Assembly: GCF_000008625.1 (NCBI RefSeq)
Contig: NC_000918.1
Location: 1,020,001-1,052,000 of the forward strand
DNA: 32,000 nucleotides
Source of the DNA: Aquifex aeolicus VF5
GTDB lineage: Bacteria > Aquificota > Aquificia > Aquificales > Aquificaceae
Reading direction: 5' to 3'
The translations under genes were made by a program, and so were the position numbers. The notes below the pieces were generated by a model. That model ran no database searches and had not been told where the DNA came from. It worked only from the letters and a program-made list of their open reading frames with translations. This document shows, piece after piece, positions 1-9,717 of the stretch (position 1 is its first letter; the number at the start of each line of letters is the position of its first letter).

Positions 1-2
1 GA

Positions 3-344
3 TTTACTTTAGTAGAAGTTCTTGTAGCACTCATGATCGTTCTCGTACTGGCAGGACTCGCCATTCCACTTTACGAGATCACTTTTAAAAGAAACGCTAT
101 GCGGGCAGTAGTTCTTAGCGATTTAAGACAATGTCTTTCTATTATCTCCGTACACATGAGTACCGGAGGGAACTCCCCTTCTGAAGTTTTGGGCGAGTGT
201 CCTAAATCTGACTACACGCAGGAAATAAGACTTCTTTCGGATAACCCTATAACCATAGAAGCTGTAGGAAGGAGTGATGTGGGAGAGGTCAGGTGTACCT
301 ATGACGGAAACACCGGAGAGATAAGCTGTGATAGTACTTTTTAA
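3..344 (+). CDS. Type IV prepilin / pseudopilin-like protein, 5' end outside the window
   Basis: In-frame translation from base 3 reads FTLVEVLVALMIVLVLAGLAIPLYE, a class III prepilin N-methylation/TM motif. The ORF start at 33 is an internal Met. Confidence 0.8.
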   Translation, partial: FTLVEVLVALMIVLVLAGLAIPLYEITFKRNAMRAVVLSDLRQCLSIISVHMSTGGNSPSEVLGECPKSDYTQEIRLLSDNPITIEAVGRSDVGEVRCTYDGNTGEISCDSTF

Positions 345-765
345 AAGGGGATTCACCCTTGTAGAACTTTTAATAGTAATAGGAATAATAGTTATTTTAA
401 GTACAGTGGGGATTTTAAAATTCAGGGAGTGGTACGAAAACTACAAATACCTTGAGGAAGTATCAAAACTCGAATACTTGGTTAGGAGGGCTAAGGTAAT
501 AGCCCTTGAGCGTTCTTCTTACGTAAAAGTGCGTGTTAATGGAAATAATTTAGTAATAGAAGATTGCGGAATAGACAACTCCTCCTGTACTCCCGTGGCT
601 TCTTACAGATTTGAGTTTAACTTGGATTCGACCAGATCTGTGACTTTCAGTCCGAGGGGCTTGGCACATTCATGGGGAAGCTTCTGTATTTCAAAAGATG
701 GAATGTCGTACAAGGTTATAGTAAACAGGGAAGGTATAAGGGTAGAAAAAGGAGGAACGTGTTGA
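328..765 (+). CDS. GspH/FimU-like prepilin
   Basis: GTG start. KRGFTLVELLIVIGIIVILSTVGILKFREWY prepilin motif, overlapping the previous stop. Confidence 0.8.
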   Translation: MIVLFKRGFTLVELLIVIGIIVILSTVGILKFREWYENYKYLEEVSKLEYLVRRAKVIALERSSYVKVRVNGNNLVIEDCGIDNSSCTPVASYRFEFNLDSTRSVTFSPRGLAHSWGSFCISKDGMSYKVIVNREGIRVEKGGTC

Positions 766-1103
766 AAAAAGGATTTACACTGATAGAGGTTCTCGTAGCA
801 TTGCTCGTTTTTATAATCGGCGTGGGGAGTATATTCTACGTTTTTTCTAAATTTTCCGATTTAATGAGAAACAGGTTCGTAATTACGTGTGTGACCGAAG
901 CCGCGTATTATGCATTGGATGCCTGTGCGGCGGGAGCGGCACCGCCCGGATCGTTGACGTGCGGAAATATAACAGTTGACATTAGTGTAAGCGGCTGTGA
1001 ACCTTCACCGGGAGCTTGCAGGAACGTTTCCGTAACCGCCTCTTACAATACTATTAGCTTTTCTTTAACTACGAAAAAGTGTGACTTAGGAGCTTCGCCA
1101 TGA
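759..1103 (+). CDS. PilV/GspI-like prepilin
   Basis: Longest ORF starts at 672, but GTG at 759 directly after GGAGG gives VLKKGFTLIEVLVALLVFIIGVGSIFYVFS, a prepilin N-terminus. Overlaps adjacent genes by a few bases. Confidence 0.75.
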   Translation: MLKKGFTLIEVLVALLVFIIGVGSIFYVFSKFSDLMRNRFVITCVTEAAYYALDACAAGAAPPGSLTCGNITVDISVSGCEPSPGACRNVSVTASYNTISFSLTTKKCDLGASP

Positions 1104-1930
1104 ACAGGGGAATGACGCTTATAGAATTACTCGTAGCTCTTGCACTTTCTATAATTCTCTCCCTTGGACTCTACTACTCTTTCCGTTATTCGGGAATATT
1201 TTTCTCTCAGGATAAAGCAATATCCGACCTGATAGAATACGCAAGAACTGCAGAGGAACAACTGAAGTTTTACTTCGACAGGTGGGGAAACGGTGTACCT
1301 GAGGGAGGTACTGATTGTACTTACTCATTTCCAAATGGATATCCCAAAAATAGATTCTGCATCATTAAAGGAAGTTCGGGTAATTGTGATGAGATAATTT
1401 TTTACGGAAACACACAAGGATTTTTGATAGTGCTGGATGAAAAAGATGAAGATGAATTTAACGCTTTAGCGTGTAGGATGACAAACGATGAAGACGATTA
1501 TTACTACATTTGGAAAGAAGATAAACCTGTGGATACAACAACCGGCAACAGAATAGGTGTAAGCGGAGGAGACTGTGGGATAAAAGGAATTATTCCTAAT
1601 GCGAGTGTAGCGAAAGAGATTAATACATTAGACAAAGGTACAGTTACTCTACAAACAGGGGATGCCATTATTCGGGTACCGAAGATTATCAAGATATATT
1701 GCAGTGAGACGAATGGAGAACTATATTTAAAGGTATCAGAACAAGAAGCTAATAAAGCTCCTGTAGAAAGTCCATTAGTCCCTGTAAAGGAAATGGAAGC
1801 GACGCTCCTGCCCGAGGGATGCGATCCGACAAACGGAGAATGTACAGCGGTAAGGTTTCGTATAACCTTCGTAAACAGAGTAGGCAACGAAGAATACACG
1901 CTTACGAAGGACATAGTTCTCGGGAGGTAA
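1100..1930 (+). CDS. PilW/GspJ-like prepilin
   Basis: [32 protein letters not shown] prepilin motif; ATG overlaps upstream stop. Confidence 0.75.
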
Positions 1931-1934
1931 TGAA

Positions 1935-3788
1935 ATGAAGGGTTTTTCTCTTGTAAACACTATAGTCGCCACATTTATATTTACAGCTGTTGGGTTTGCA
2001 TTACTCGTTATGTCCGACGAAGGTTTCAGGATTACCAAGAGTAGTATAAACGCAAATATCGCGGAAGCTAATGCGGTGTATGCCTTGAACACAGCCCTTG
2101 AACACCTTATAAACGGTGGAAATTGTGAAGGGAGTGCAAGTGGAAGTGTAAACGATGGTAGTTGGGAATACACTTTATACCCAACTCCTTCAGGACAGTG
2201 TTTTATCTTAGCATCCGGCAGAAAAGATAACGCTGTTAGGTACAAAATCGCTTATGCGGGATTCAGTGGTGGCGGAGGATTGGGAGCATTAACTATTAAT
2301 TATCTAAAAGGAGATGAATTTTCCTTACAGGGAAGTTCAAAGATTTCTAACGGAGGAACGAATTGCCCTGCGGTAGTTTATTATGAGAAAAAAGCAGATA
2401 TAGAATATAAAGGAAATGCAAAAATTGAAGGAGGTATAGTAAATAAAAAAATAAACATACCAAGCGAAATATTCAAGGAAGAGAATGCTTTTGAAGATAT
2501 AAAGACCTACTATAAGGAGTTATACGAGGATAGGTTTAATAATGTTTCTCTTCCTGACGTACCCTTAACTACCGAAGACTGTACTCTTGAGGTTGGAAAT
2601 TCTGATTGTTCTTTGAAAAATAATGAAATTAATTGTGGAAACACGAAGTTAACTGTGGAAAACTGCACAAGTGTCCTTATTAAGGGAGGAAAAATATCCC
2701 TGAACATAAATAATGGCGAATTAGACATACCTTTAGTGATAGAATCGGACGAGCTTGTTTCACTTACAACGGTGGGTGATACAAGCATTAACGACATATA
2801 TGTAATAACAAAAACTTTCGGGAAATTAGAAACAGGGGGATCAACAACTATAAACGGTAACGTTGTTATTAAAGCGGATAGTTTTAAAAACCTTGGAGAA
2901 GACGAACAAAATATTGTCCTAAGTGGAAGTACAAAAGTAGAAGGAGGTATGTACATATCAACTCAAGATAGCTCTCTTCCATCTTCTGGAAATGAAGCTA
3001 AAATAAAATTCGCTGGAAGCTCAGAAATAGGGGAGAACTTTTACTTTTTAGGATACGGTGTGGATTTACATTATACAGGTGGCAGTGGAATAAGCGGAAA
3101 TATCTATATAAAAACCTATCACGAATATGAGCTTGATATTAGCCACTATGGGAACTTTGTAGGGGGAAGTATTTATGCAAACTGTGTATCTTCGGATTGT
3201 GAAGGGGAAGTTGAAATACACAATGGAAACTTAAAACCCGCAGAGGGAAGTGAATTTGTGTTTCTAAGTGAAGGTAAAGAATTAGAGGCGGAGTTGAAGT
3301 CAGGTTCAGGAGGATTAGATGGGTATTTTGTTAATTTATCCGATAATGGGGAACTTAAACTTGAAATTAAAGCCGGAGGACTTGAAGCGAATGGATTATT
3401 CATAGGAAATAAAATAGAAATTGAAGGAGGGGAAAAAGAAAAATTAACAGGTAGTAATAAGATAAACGGAATTTTAGTTGGAAAAATTGTTGAAGGTCTA
3501 AAATTAGGAGGAAGTGCAGAAATAAACGGGTTAGTTGCTGCACTTGAGGAATTTGATGAATTAAATCTAAAAGGAAGATCAAAAATAAAAGGAATGGTTA
3601 TAGGAAATATACTAGAAGGTTCCGTTTCCTTAATTGGTAATTCTGAAATAACCCTTGATTTCGAAACGATAAATTCCTTTATTTCTAAATTTGGATTGGA
3701 GGACTTCTTTAAAACACTTACTTGTGAAAGTGAAAAAGGCAGTGGAAATCTAACCCTCCCACAACACTTAGTAGGTTCAATATACTAA
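1935..3788 (+). CDS. Large PilX-like prepilin with bactofilin/beta-helix-like repeats
   Basis: N-term [31 protein letters not shown] followed by many short turns such as [76 protein letters not shown]. Confidence 0.65.
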
Positions 3789-3794
3789 CATTGT

Positions 3795-5549
3795 ATGTTC
3801 GCCTTGATTTTGGCTTTCCTTATTATGTTTCTATCCTTCCTTCCCTTTCACCTTCTTTCTTCTCCTAAAGGTGAAAAACTTCAGATAATAAAAATAATAA
3901 AATTAGATATACAAAAAGCCTTTCCCGAAATTCCTCAGGAGATTTCTAAAAGAGTTTTGCGTTTTCATTTATCCTCCGATCCCAAAACCCTGAACCCTGC
4001 CCTTGCCATGGAAACCTCTTCCACCGCTGTAATCGGAGATCTTTTTAGCGGACTTACGAAGCTTGATCTAAAGACGATGAAAGTAAAACCGAATCTGGCT
4101 CAAGGCTGGGAAGTAAGAGAAGGGGGGAAAGTATGGATTTTTTACTTACGAAAAGACGTAAAGTGGAGCGATGGAAAGCCTTTTACCGCCGATGACGTTG
4201 TATTTACCTTTAACGAGGTTTACCTGAACGATAAAATTCCCACCACTGCAAGGGATATATTCACGATAAAAGGAAAAAAGATAAAAGTGAGAAAAATTGA
4301 CGAGTACACCGTTGAGTTTATTCTACCCGAGCCTTTCGCACCCTTTTTAAACTCCCTCGGAGTTGAAATACTCCCGAAGCACAAACTCGAAAATTACGTA
4401 AAGGAGGGAACTTTCTCAACAGCGTGGAACGTAAACACAAACCCTAAGGAAATAGTGGGAACCGGAGCCTACAAAATAGAGGAATACGTGAAGGGACAGA
4501 GAGTAGTTTACAGGGCAAACCCCTATTACTACGAGAAAGACGAAAATGGAAACAGACTCCCATACATTAAAGAAAAAGTAGGAGTAATAATTCCGGATCC
4601 CGATACCGCACTCCTTAAATTCGTAAACGGGGAGATTGATTACATAGGCGTCAGGGCTCAGGATTTGCTCTTTTTGGCTAATCAAAAGGATAAGGATTTT
4701 GTAGTTTACGACCTCGGAGCTACGCCTTCAACCACGTTTCTTGTCTTCAACCAGAACCCTAACGCAAAAATCCCGAAGTACAAAATAAAGTGGTTCAGGG
4801 ACAGGACATTCAGAATAGCCATTTCCCACGCAATAGACAGGGAGGGAATAGTGAAACTCGTTTACAACGGGCTTGCTCAACCGCTCTACACACCAATCAC
4901 ACCGGCAAACAGACCTTATTACGAGGAGAGTTATTACCCGAAATTTGAGTTTAACCTGAAAAAAGCCAGAGAACTTTTAGAGAGTATAGGTTTTAAAGAC
5001 AGGGACGGCGACGGAATACTGGAAGACCCTGAAGGACACGACCTTGAGTTTACACTCATCACAAACGCAGGAAACAAAGAAAGGGAAATGATGGGAGCTA
5101 TCATTAAGGAAGATTTAAGGAAGATCGGTATAAAGGTCCACTTCCAGCCCATAGACTTCAACACTTTAGTTTCAAAACTCACGTCTCCTCCCTACGAGTG
5201 GGAAGCGGTGATAATAGGACTCACGGGATCTATAGACCCTCACTTTGGCAGGAACGTATGGCACTCTTCGGGAAGTCTCCACATGTGGTATCCGAGACAA
5301 AAACAACCCTCAACAGAATGGGAGAAGAAGGTGGATGAGCTTATAGACAAGGGGGCAACGGAACTGAACTATGAGAAAAGAGTCCAGATTTACAGGGAAA
5401 TGTTCAGGATAATTACGGAAGAACAACCGATGATTTTCATAGCAGCTCCGAAGAGTATGGTAGCGGTAAAGAAACACCTCAAAAACGTATTTCCCACCGT
5501 GTGGGGCTGGTACGAGCCATACAGAGTTTACCTGATATCGGACAGGTGA
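3795..5549 (+). CDS. ABC transporter periplasmic peptide-binding protein (DppA/OppA family)
   Basis: 584 aa. N-terminal hydrophobic signal; AMETSSTAVIGDLFSGLTKLDLKTMKVKPNLAQGWEVREGGKVWIFYLRKDVKWSDGKPFTADDVVFTFN is typical of SBP_bac_5. Confidence 0.92.
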   Translation: MFALILAFLIMFLSFLPFHLLSSPKGEKLQIIKIIKLDIQKAFPEIPQEISKRVLRFHLSSDPKTLNPALAMETSSTAVIGDLFSGLTKLDLKTMKVKPNLAQGWEVREGGKVWIFYLRKDVKWSDGKPFTADDVVFTFNEVYLNDKIPTTARDIFTIKGKKIKVRKIDEYTVEFILPEPFAPFLNSLGVEILPKHKLENYVKEGTFSTAWNVNTNPKEIVGTGAYKIEEYVKGQRVVYRANPYYYEKDENGNRLPYIKEKVGVIIPDPDTALLKFVNGEIDYIGVRAQDLLFLANQKDKDFVVYDLGATPSTTFLVFNQNPNAKIPKYKIKWFRDRTFRIAISHAIDREGIVKLVYNGLAQPLYTPITPANRPYYEESYYPKFEFNLKKARELLESIGFKDRDGDGILEDPEGHDLEFTLITNAGNKEREMMGAIIKEDLRKIGIKVHFQPIDFNTLVSKLTSPPYEWEAVIIGLTGSIDPHFGRNVWHSSGSLHMWYPRQKQPSTEWEKKVDELIDKGATELNYEKRVQIYREMFRIITEEQPMIFIAAPKSMVAVKKHLKNVFPTVWGWYEPYRVYLISDR

Positions 5550-5593
5550 TTTAAGTAATGGAACAAAATTTTTAAAAATTTAAGATTTAATCC

Positions 5594-5884
5594 ATGCTCA
5601 AACTCGTACTCATAACAAAAGAAGACTGTCCGAGGTGTGAAAGGGCTAAAAAGCTCCTTCAAAAGGTAAAAGAGGAATTACCGATAGAGTGGGAAGAGGT
5701 AGACATGTACGAGTACATGGACGTACTTACTTACCTCGGTTACAAAACCGTACCTCTCCTGCTTCTTTACAATGAAGACGAGGATTACACCGAAGAAGAC
5801 GTTATATTTGTCGGTGAACTTCCGAGGATCTGGAGACTTAAAGAAATATTAAAATCAAAGCTGGAAGAAGTAAAAAGAGCCTGA
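5594..5884 (+). CDS. Glutaredoxin/thioredoxin-like protein
   Basis: VLITKEDCPRCERAKKLL (CPRC) and TVPLLLLYN cis-Pro motif; 96 aa. Confidence 0.8.
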   Translation: MLKLVLITKEDCPRCERAKKLLQKVKEELPIEWEEVDMYEYMDVLTYLGYKTVPLLLLYNEDEDYTEEDVIFVGELPRIWRLKEILKSKLEEVKRA

Positions 5885-5934
5885 AAATTACATAATCTTG
5901 ACACAAACAACTTCAAAGGATAGTTTTATGGTAA

Positions 5935-8900
5935 ATGGAAGAGGTAGAAAAAATAAAAGTAGGGGGATGTCCACACGAATTTTTAGCAGATGGAAAAAAG
6001 TGGAGTGAATTACTCCACAGAATATCCGAAAAAACAGGAAAGGATATAAACCTTGTCATATACAGGGACTTTGAAGAAGAAAGGAAGAAGATAAAAGAGG
6101 AAGAATTTGACCTTTATTATGCAAGTCCAGAAATAGCGGTAGAGCTCTACAGGAAAGGATACGTTCCCGTAGGTGCGATAAAAGGACAGGAGGACGAAGT
6201 AGTTCTCGTATCCAAAGAGAACCTTAAGGAAAAGGAATTCTACAAGGTAGCACTTGTAAACCTGAAACTTTTTATGCTCGGACTTTTGAACTTTAAAAAC
6301 ATAGATAAAGATCGGATTGAGCTTGTTTTTACGAAATCCCACGAGGAAACTATTGAAAAAGTTCAGAACTGCGAAGTTGATTACGGGATAATTTACGGAG
6401 AGACGCTAAAAAGGCTGAAGCCCCAAAATTTAAAAATCGTTTCCTCAGGAACGCTGAAATCCAGACACTTTTTTATGGCAAAGAAGGAAAAAGCAGAGTA
6501 TTGGAGAAAAATTTTATCGGAATTCAAAGAAGTTGAAATTCTGAATGAAAGTGCAATAGAAGACACTTTAAAGCTTTTTGAGGAGCTTGAAGAACTCCTC
6601 ACATGTTGGCAGGAACACGACACAGCGAAAGCCATTCAGAACATAGAAGGAATAGGCGTTCTCATATACAGGGACAGGATAATTTACGCAAACAAATACG
6701 CGAGGGAAGTTTTGGGGTATTCGGAGGAAGAGATAAGGAACTTATCCGCTCTAGATCTTGTTTCAAAGGAATACAGAGAAACTATACAGAAAATCGTAGA
6801 AAGGAGACTCAAGGGTGAACGCTTTCCGGTAGTTTATAAAGAGCTGAAAGTCAAAACGAAGGAAGGAAAAAGTTTATGGATACTCGCCTTTTCTCAGACT
6901 ATACTTTACGAGGGGCAATACGCCGGTTTCGTCATTTTCGTGGATATAACAAAAAGAAAGAGGCTCGAAAAACTTTACAAGCTCCTCAGGGAAATAAACC
7001 AGACCATTACAGGGGTTTTCCACGAAGGGGAGATTTTTGAAAAGATATGCCATAATCTCGTAAAAAACCTAGACCTTAAGTTTGTATGGGTAGGCAAGCT
7101 CAGCGAAAAGGGAGAAGTAATTCCCGTGTACACGTGCGGTGAAGAGGAAGATTACGTAAAAAAGGTTAAGATCTCTATAAACCCTGATGAGCCCGAAGGC
7201 TGGAAGCCCACTGCAAAGGCTTTAAGAGAGGGAAAAATCGTAATAAACCCGAACACGTTGGAAAACCCTGATGTAGAGCCGTGGCGTGAAGAAATGCTGA
7301 AGAGAAACTTCCTATCTTCCTGTGCAATACCTATCCAGTTAGAGGGAGGAACAGGGTACGTTATAAACCTCTATGCCTCAGAACCATACTACTTTGAAGA
7401 AGAAAATAAAGAAATACTTTACGAGCTGAAGGAAGACGTTGAGTTTGTCCTGAGGCGTGTAAGGGAGTTGAGAAATTATTTAATCCTTTCAAAGGCTCTT
7501 GAAGAATCCAGAGAGTGGGTGCTCATAACGGACAGAGAAGGAAAGATAATATACGTAAACAAAGGAGTGGAGGAAATAAGCAAGTACAGTGCGGAAGAAC
7601 TTATCGGCAAAACGCCGAGGATTTTTAAGTCTGGTTATCATCCTCAAAGTTTTTTCAGGAAGTTGTGGCAAACTATCCTTTCAGGGAAACCCTTTCACGC
7701 TGTATTTGTAAATAAAAATAAGTACGGTGAACTGTTTTATTTAGATCAGAAAATAATTCCACTTAGGACTCCTGAAGGAGATTTGTTCTTCATAGGACTC
7801 TGCAGGGATATAACGAAGGAAGTGAAACTAACGGAAGAAGTGGAGTGGATCACTACTCACAACGTAGAAACCGGACTCCTAAACAAGGTAGGATTTCAGA
7901 AGGTTCTCAGTCCACTACTCGGTAAACTAAGTTCTACAGGTGCGTTAATTGCCCTCGATATGGTAGGTTTTTCCAGATTGATTAAAGAATTTGGAGAAGA
8001 AGCGATAAAAAAACTCCTTAAGGAAATAGCTGTAAGACTGGAGAAAACTTTCAGAAGGGGAGACATAATAGCGAAAGGGGATGGTGATGAGTTCTTAATA
8101 TTCGCCTACCCTCTTAAAAAGAAAGACGATGTACTCTCACTCATTGAAAAAATAAGACAAAAATTTTCCAAACCTCTAACAATTGACGGCAAAAAAATCC
8201 GCCTGTCCTTTTACATAGGAGTGGTTACGTACCCGTACGACGGAAGGACCTTTTCTGAGCTTTATTACAGAGCCATAACTGCCGTGAAGGAAGCAAAAAG
8301 GAGGGGAGCGGGAGAAGTTGTACTCTTTGACGAAGAACTGGACAAAGAAGTAGAAAGGTTAATTGAAGGAGAAAAGCTCCTCAGGAAAGCGGTAGAAGAG
8401 AACCTGTTTACCTTTCACTTCCAGCCCATATACAGACTTAGGGATATGAAAATCTTCTCCCTCGAAGCGCTCGTAAGGATAAAGGAAGGGGATAAGATAC
8501 ACTACCCCGGAGAATTTATAGAACTTTTGGAAAGAGGTGTATTTATAAAGGAGTTTGAGGAATGGATGATTAGGGAACTCAGAAGGCTCCTCGGAAAGTG
8601 GAACGTGCCGATTTCCGTAAACCTGAGTGCCATAAACTTCAAAAACGACGAATTTATGGAGAACTTAAACCTGGTCTGTAAAGAGTATCCGGGAAAACTC
8701 ATCTTAGAAATCACCGAAAGGCTCCTGATAGAAAACGTAGAAAGGACAAGAAGAATCCTTGGGGATTTCAGAGAGTGCGGACTTGTGGCGGTTGACGATT
8801 TTGGAACCGGGTACTCTTCCTTTTCCTACTTAAAAGAACTCCCCCTTGATTTGATAAAGATAGACATGATGTTTATAAAGAGTATGCTGGAGAGTTCAAA

Positions 8901-9099
8901 GGATCTTGCACTCGTTGAGGCTATAGTGTTCTTCGCCCAAAAGATAGGACTTAAAACACTCGGAGAGGGAATAGAAAACGCCAAGCAACTCGAAATGTTA
9001 AAGAGAATGGGATGCACTTACGGACAGGGCTTCTACCTTGCAAAGCCGATGCCCGAAGAAGAAGTGGAAAAGCTTTTAAGGGAAGAAGGTTTACTTTAA
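5935..9099 (+). CDS. SBP-like (PhnD-like)-PAS-GAF-PAS-GGDEF-EAL signalling protein
   Basis: N-term KVGGCPHEFLADGKKWSELL...FDLYYASPEIAVELYRKGYVPVGAIKG resembles phosphonate-binding fold. PAS motifs (VLGYSEEEIRNLSALDLV; GVEEISKYSAEELIGKTPRIF), a GAF-like segment, GDGDEFLIF (variant GGDEF), EALVRI, DDFGTGYSSFSYLKELPLDLIKID. Confidence 0.85.
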   Translation: MEEVEKIKVGGCPHEFLADGKKWSELLHRISEKTGKDINLVIYRDFEEERKKIKEEEFDLYYASPEIAVELYRKGYVPVGAIKGQEDEVVLVSKENLKEKEFYKVALVNLKLFMLGLLNFKNIDKDRIELVFTKSHEETIEKVQNCEVDYGIIYGETLKRLKPQNLKIVSSGTLKSRHFFMAKKEKAEYWRKILSEFKEVEILNESAIEDTLKLFEELEELLTCWQEHDTAKAIQNIEGIGVLIYRDRIIYANKYAREVLGYSEEEIRNLSALDLVSKEYRETIQKIVERRLKGERFPVVYKELKVKTKEGKSLWILAFSQTILYEGQYAGFVIFVDITKRKRLEKLYKLLREINQTITGVFHEGEIFEKICHNLVKNLDLKFVWVGKLSEKGEVIPVYTCGEEEDYVKKVKISINPDEPEGWKPTAKALREGKIVINPNTLENPDVEPWREEMLKRNFLSSCAIPIQLEGGTGYVINLYASEPYYFEEENKEILYELKEDVEFVLRRVRELRNYLILSKALEESREWVLITDREGKIIYVNKGVEEISKYSAEELIGKTPRIFKSGYHPQSFFRKLWQTILSGKPFHAVFVNKNKYGELFYLDQKIIPLRTPEGDLFFIGLCRDITKEVKLTEEVEWITTHNVETGLLNKVGFQKVLSPLLGKLSSTGALIALDMVGFSRLIKEFGEEAIKKLLKEIAVRLEKTFRRGDIIAKGDGDEFLIFAYPLKKKDDVLSLIEKIRQKFSKPLTIDGKKIRLSFYIGVVTYPYDGRTFSELYYRAITAVKEAKRRGAGEVVLFDEELDKEVERLIEGEKLLRKAVEENLFTFHFQPIYRLRDMKIFSLEALVRIKEGDKIHYPGEFIELLERGVFIKEFEEWMIRELRRLLGKWNVPISVNLSAINFKNDEFMENLNLVCKEYPGKLILEITERLLIENVERTRRILGDFRECGLVAVDDFGTGYSSFSYLKELPLDLIKIDMMFIKSMLESSKDLALVEAIVFFAQKIGLKTLGEGIENAKQLEMLKRMGCTYGQGFYLAKPMPEEEVEKLLREEGLL

Positions 9100-9717
9100 G
9101 TTTACTCTTTCAACCTCCCCGAAAGGCTCCTTTTCCTGGTAAACCTCTCCGCTGAAAACGTAAACTTTGGTCTCTTTGTCTTTCCAGCAGTCCTTAGGAA
9201 GACCTGCTTTTAAACACGTATACTCAAGAAACTCAACGGGACTCCAACCATATTCCACAGGGACTTGAGGAAGTAAGAGTCCCTTCTGTTCTCCCTTTTC
9301 AATTATTAATCCGTGTTTTCCTATTTCTATTTGTTCGGGGAGTTCTTCCTTTGGAACTTTCAGTTCCTCTGGAGGAGTTAGCAGAGTTATTTCCCACAGC
9401 ACTTTGTCAAACTCTTCCTTTTTCAGAGGATAAAACCTCGGATCCTGAAAAGCAGCCTGAAGGGAACTGTAAACCGTTGCGTACCATAGCGGATAAACGG
9501 GCAAAGGAACACCTATACATCCCCTTAAGTTGTGTTCGGGATAGGTTTTTAAAGTGGTAAACACTCCCATATTCCGGGAATACTTCTCCTTTAAAGCCTC
9601 GGGAACTTTTATTTCCTTGCCTTCAAATGCGTTCCAAACTGCATACCTCCCCAAGTGTACAAGCTCTCTGATATCCATAGTATCAAATAATTTAAGTTTC
9701 TTATTATAAGATTTCAA
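9091..9717 (-). CDS. AMMECR1 domain protein
   Basis: GVFTTLKTYPEHNLRGCIGVPLPVYPLWYATVYSSLQAAFQDPRFYPLKKEEFDKVLWEITLLTPPEEL, with conserved LRGCIG. Confidence 0.93.
   Translation of the reverse strand: MKSYNKKLKLFDTMDIRELVHLGRYAVWNAFEGKEIKVPEALKEKYSRNMGVFTTLKTYPEHNLRGCIGVPLPVYPLWYATVYSSLQAAFQDPRFYPLKKEEFDKVLWEITLLTPPEELKVPKEELPEQIEIGKHGLIIEKGEQKGLLLPQVPVEYGWSPVEFLEYTCLKAGLPKDCWKDKETKVYVFSGEVYQEKEPFGEVERVNLK

Noticed and set aside
1504-1914. Minus-strand ORF of 136 aa opposite the PilW-like gene
   Set aside because: Entirely antisense to a well-supported prepilin gene in a tight operon; no recognisable motifs.
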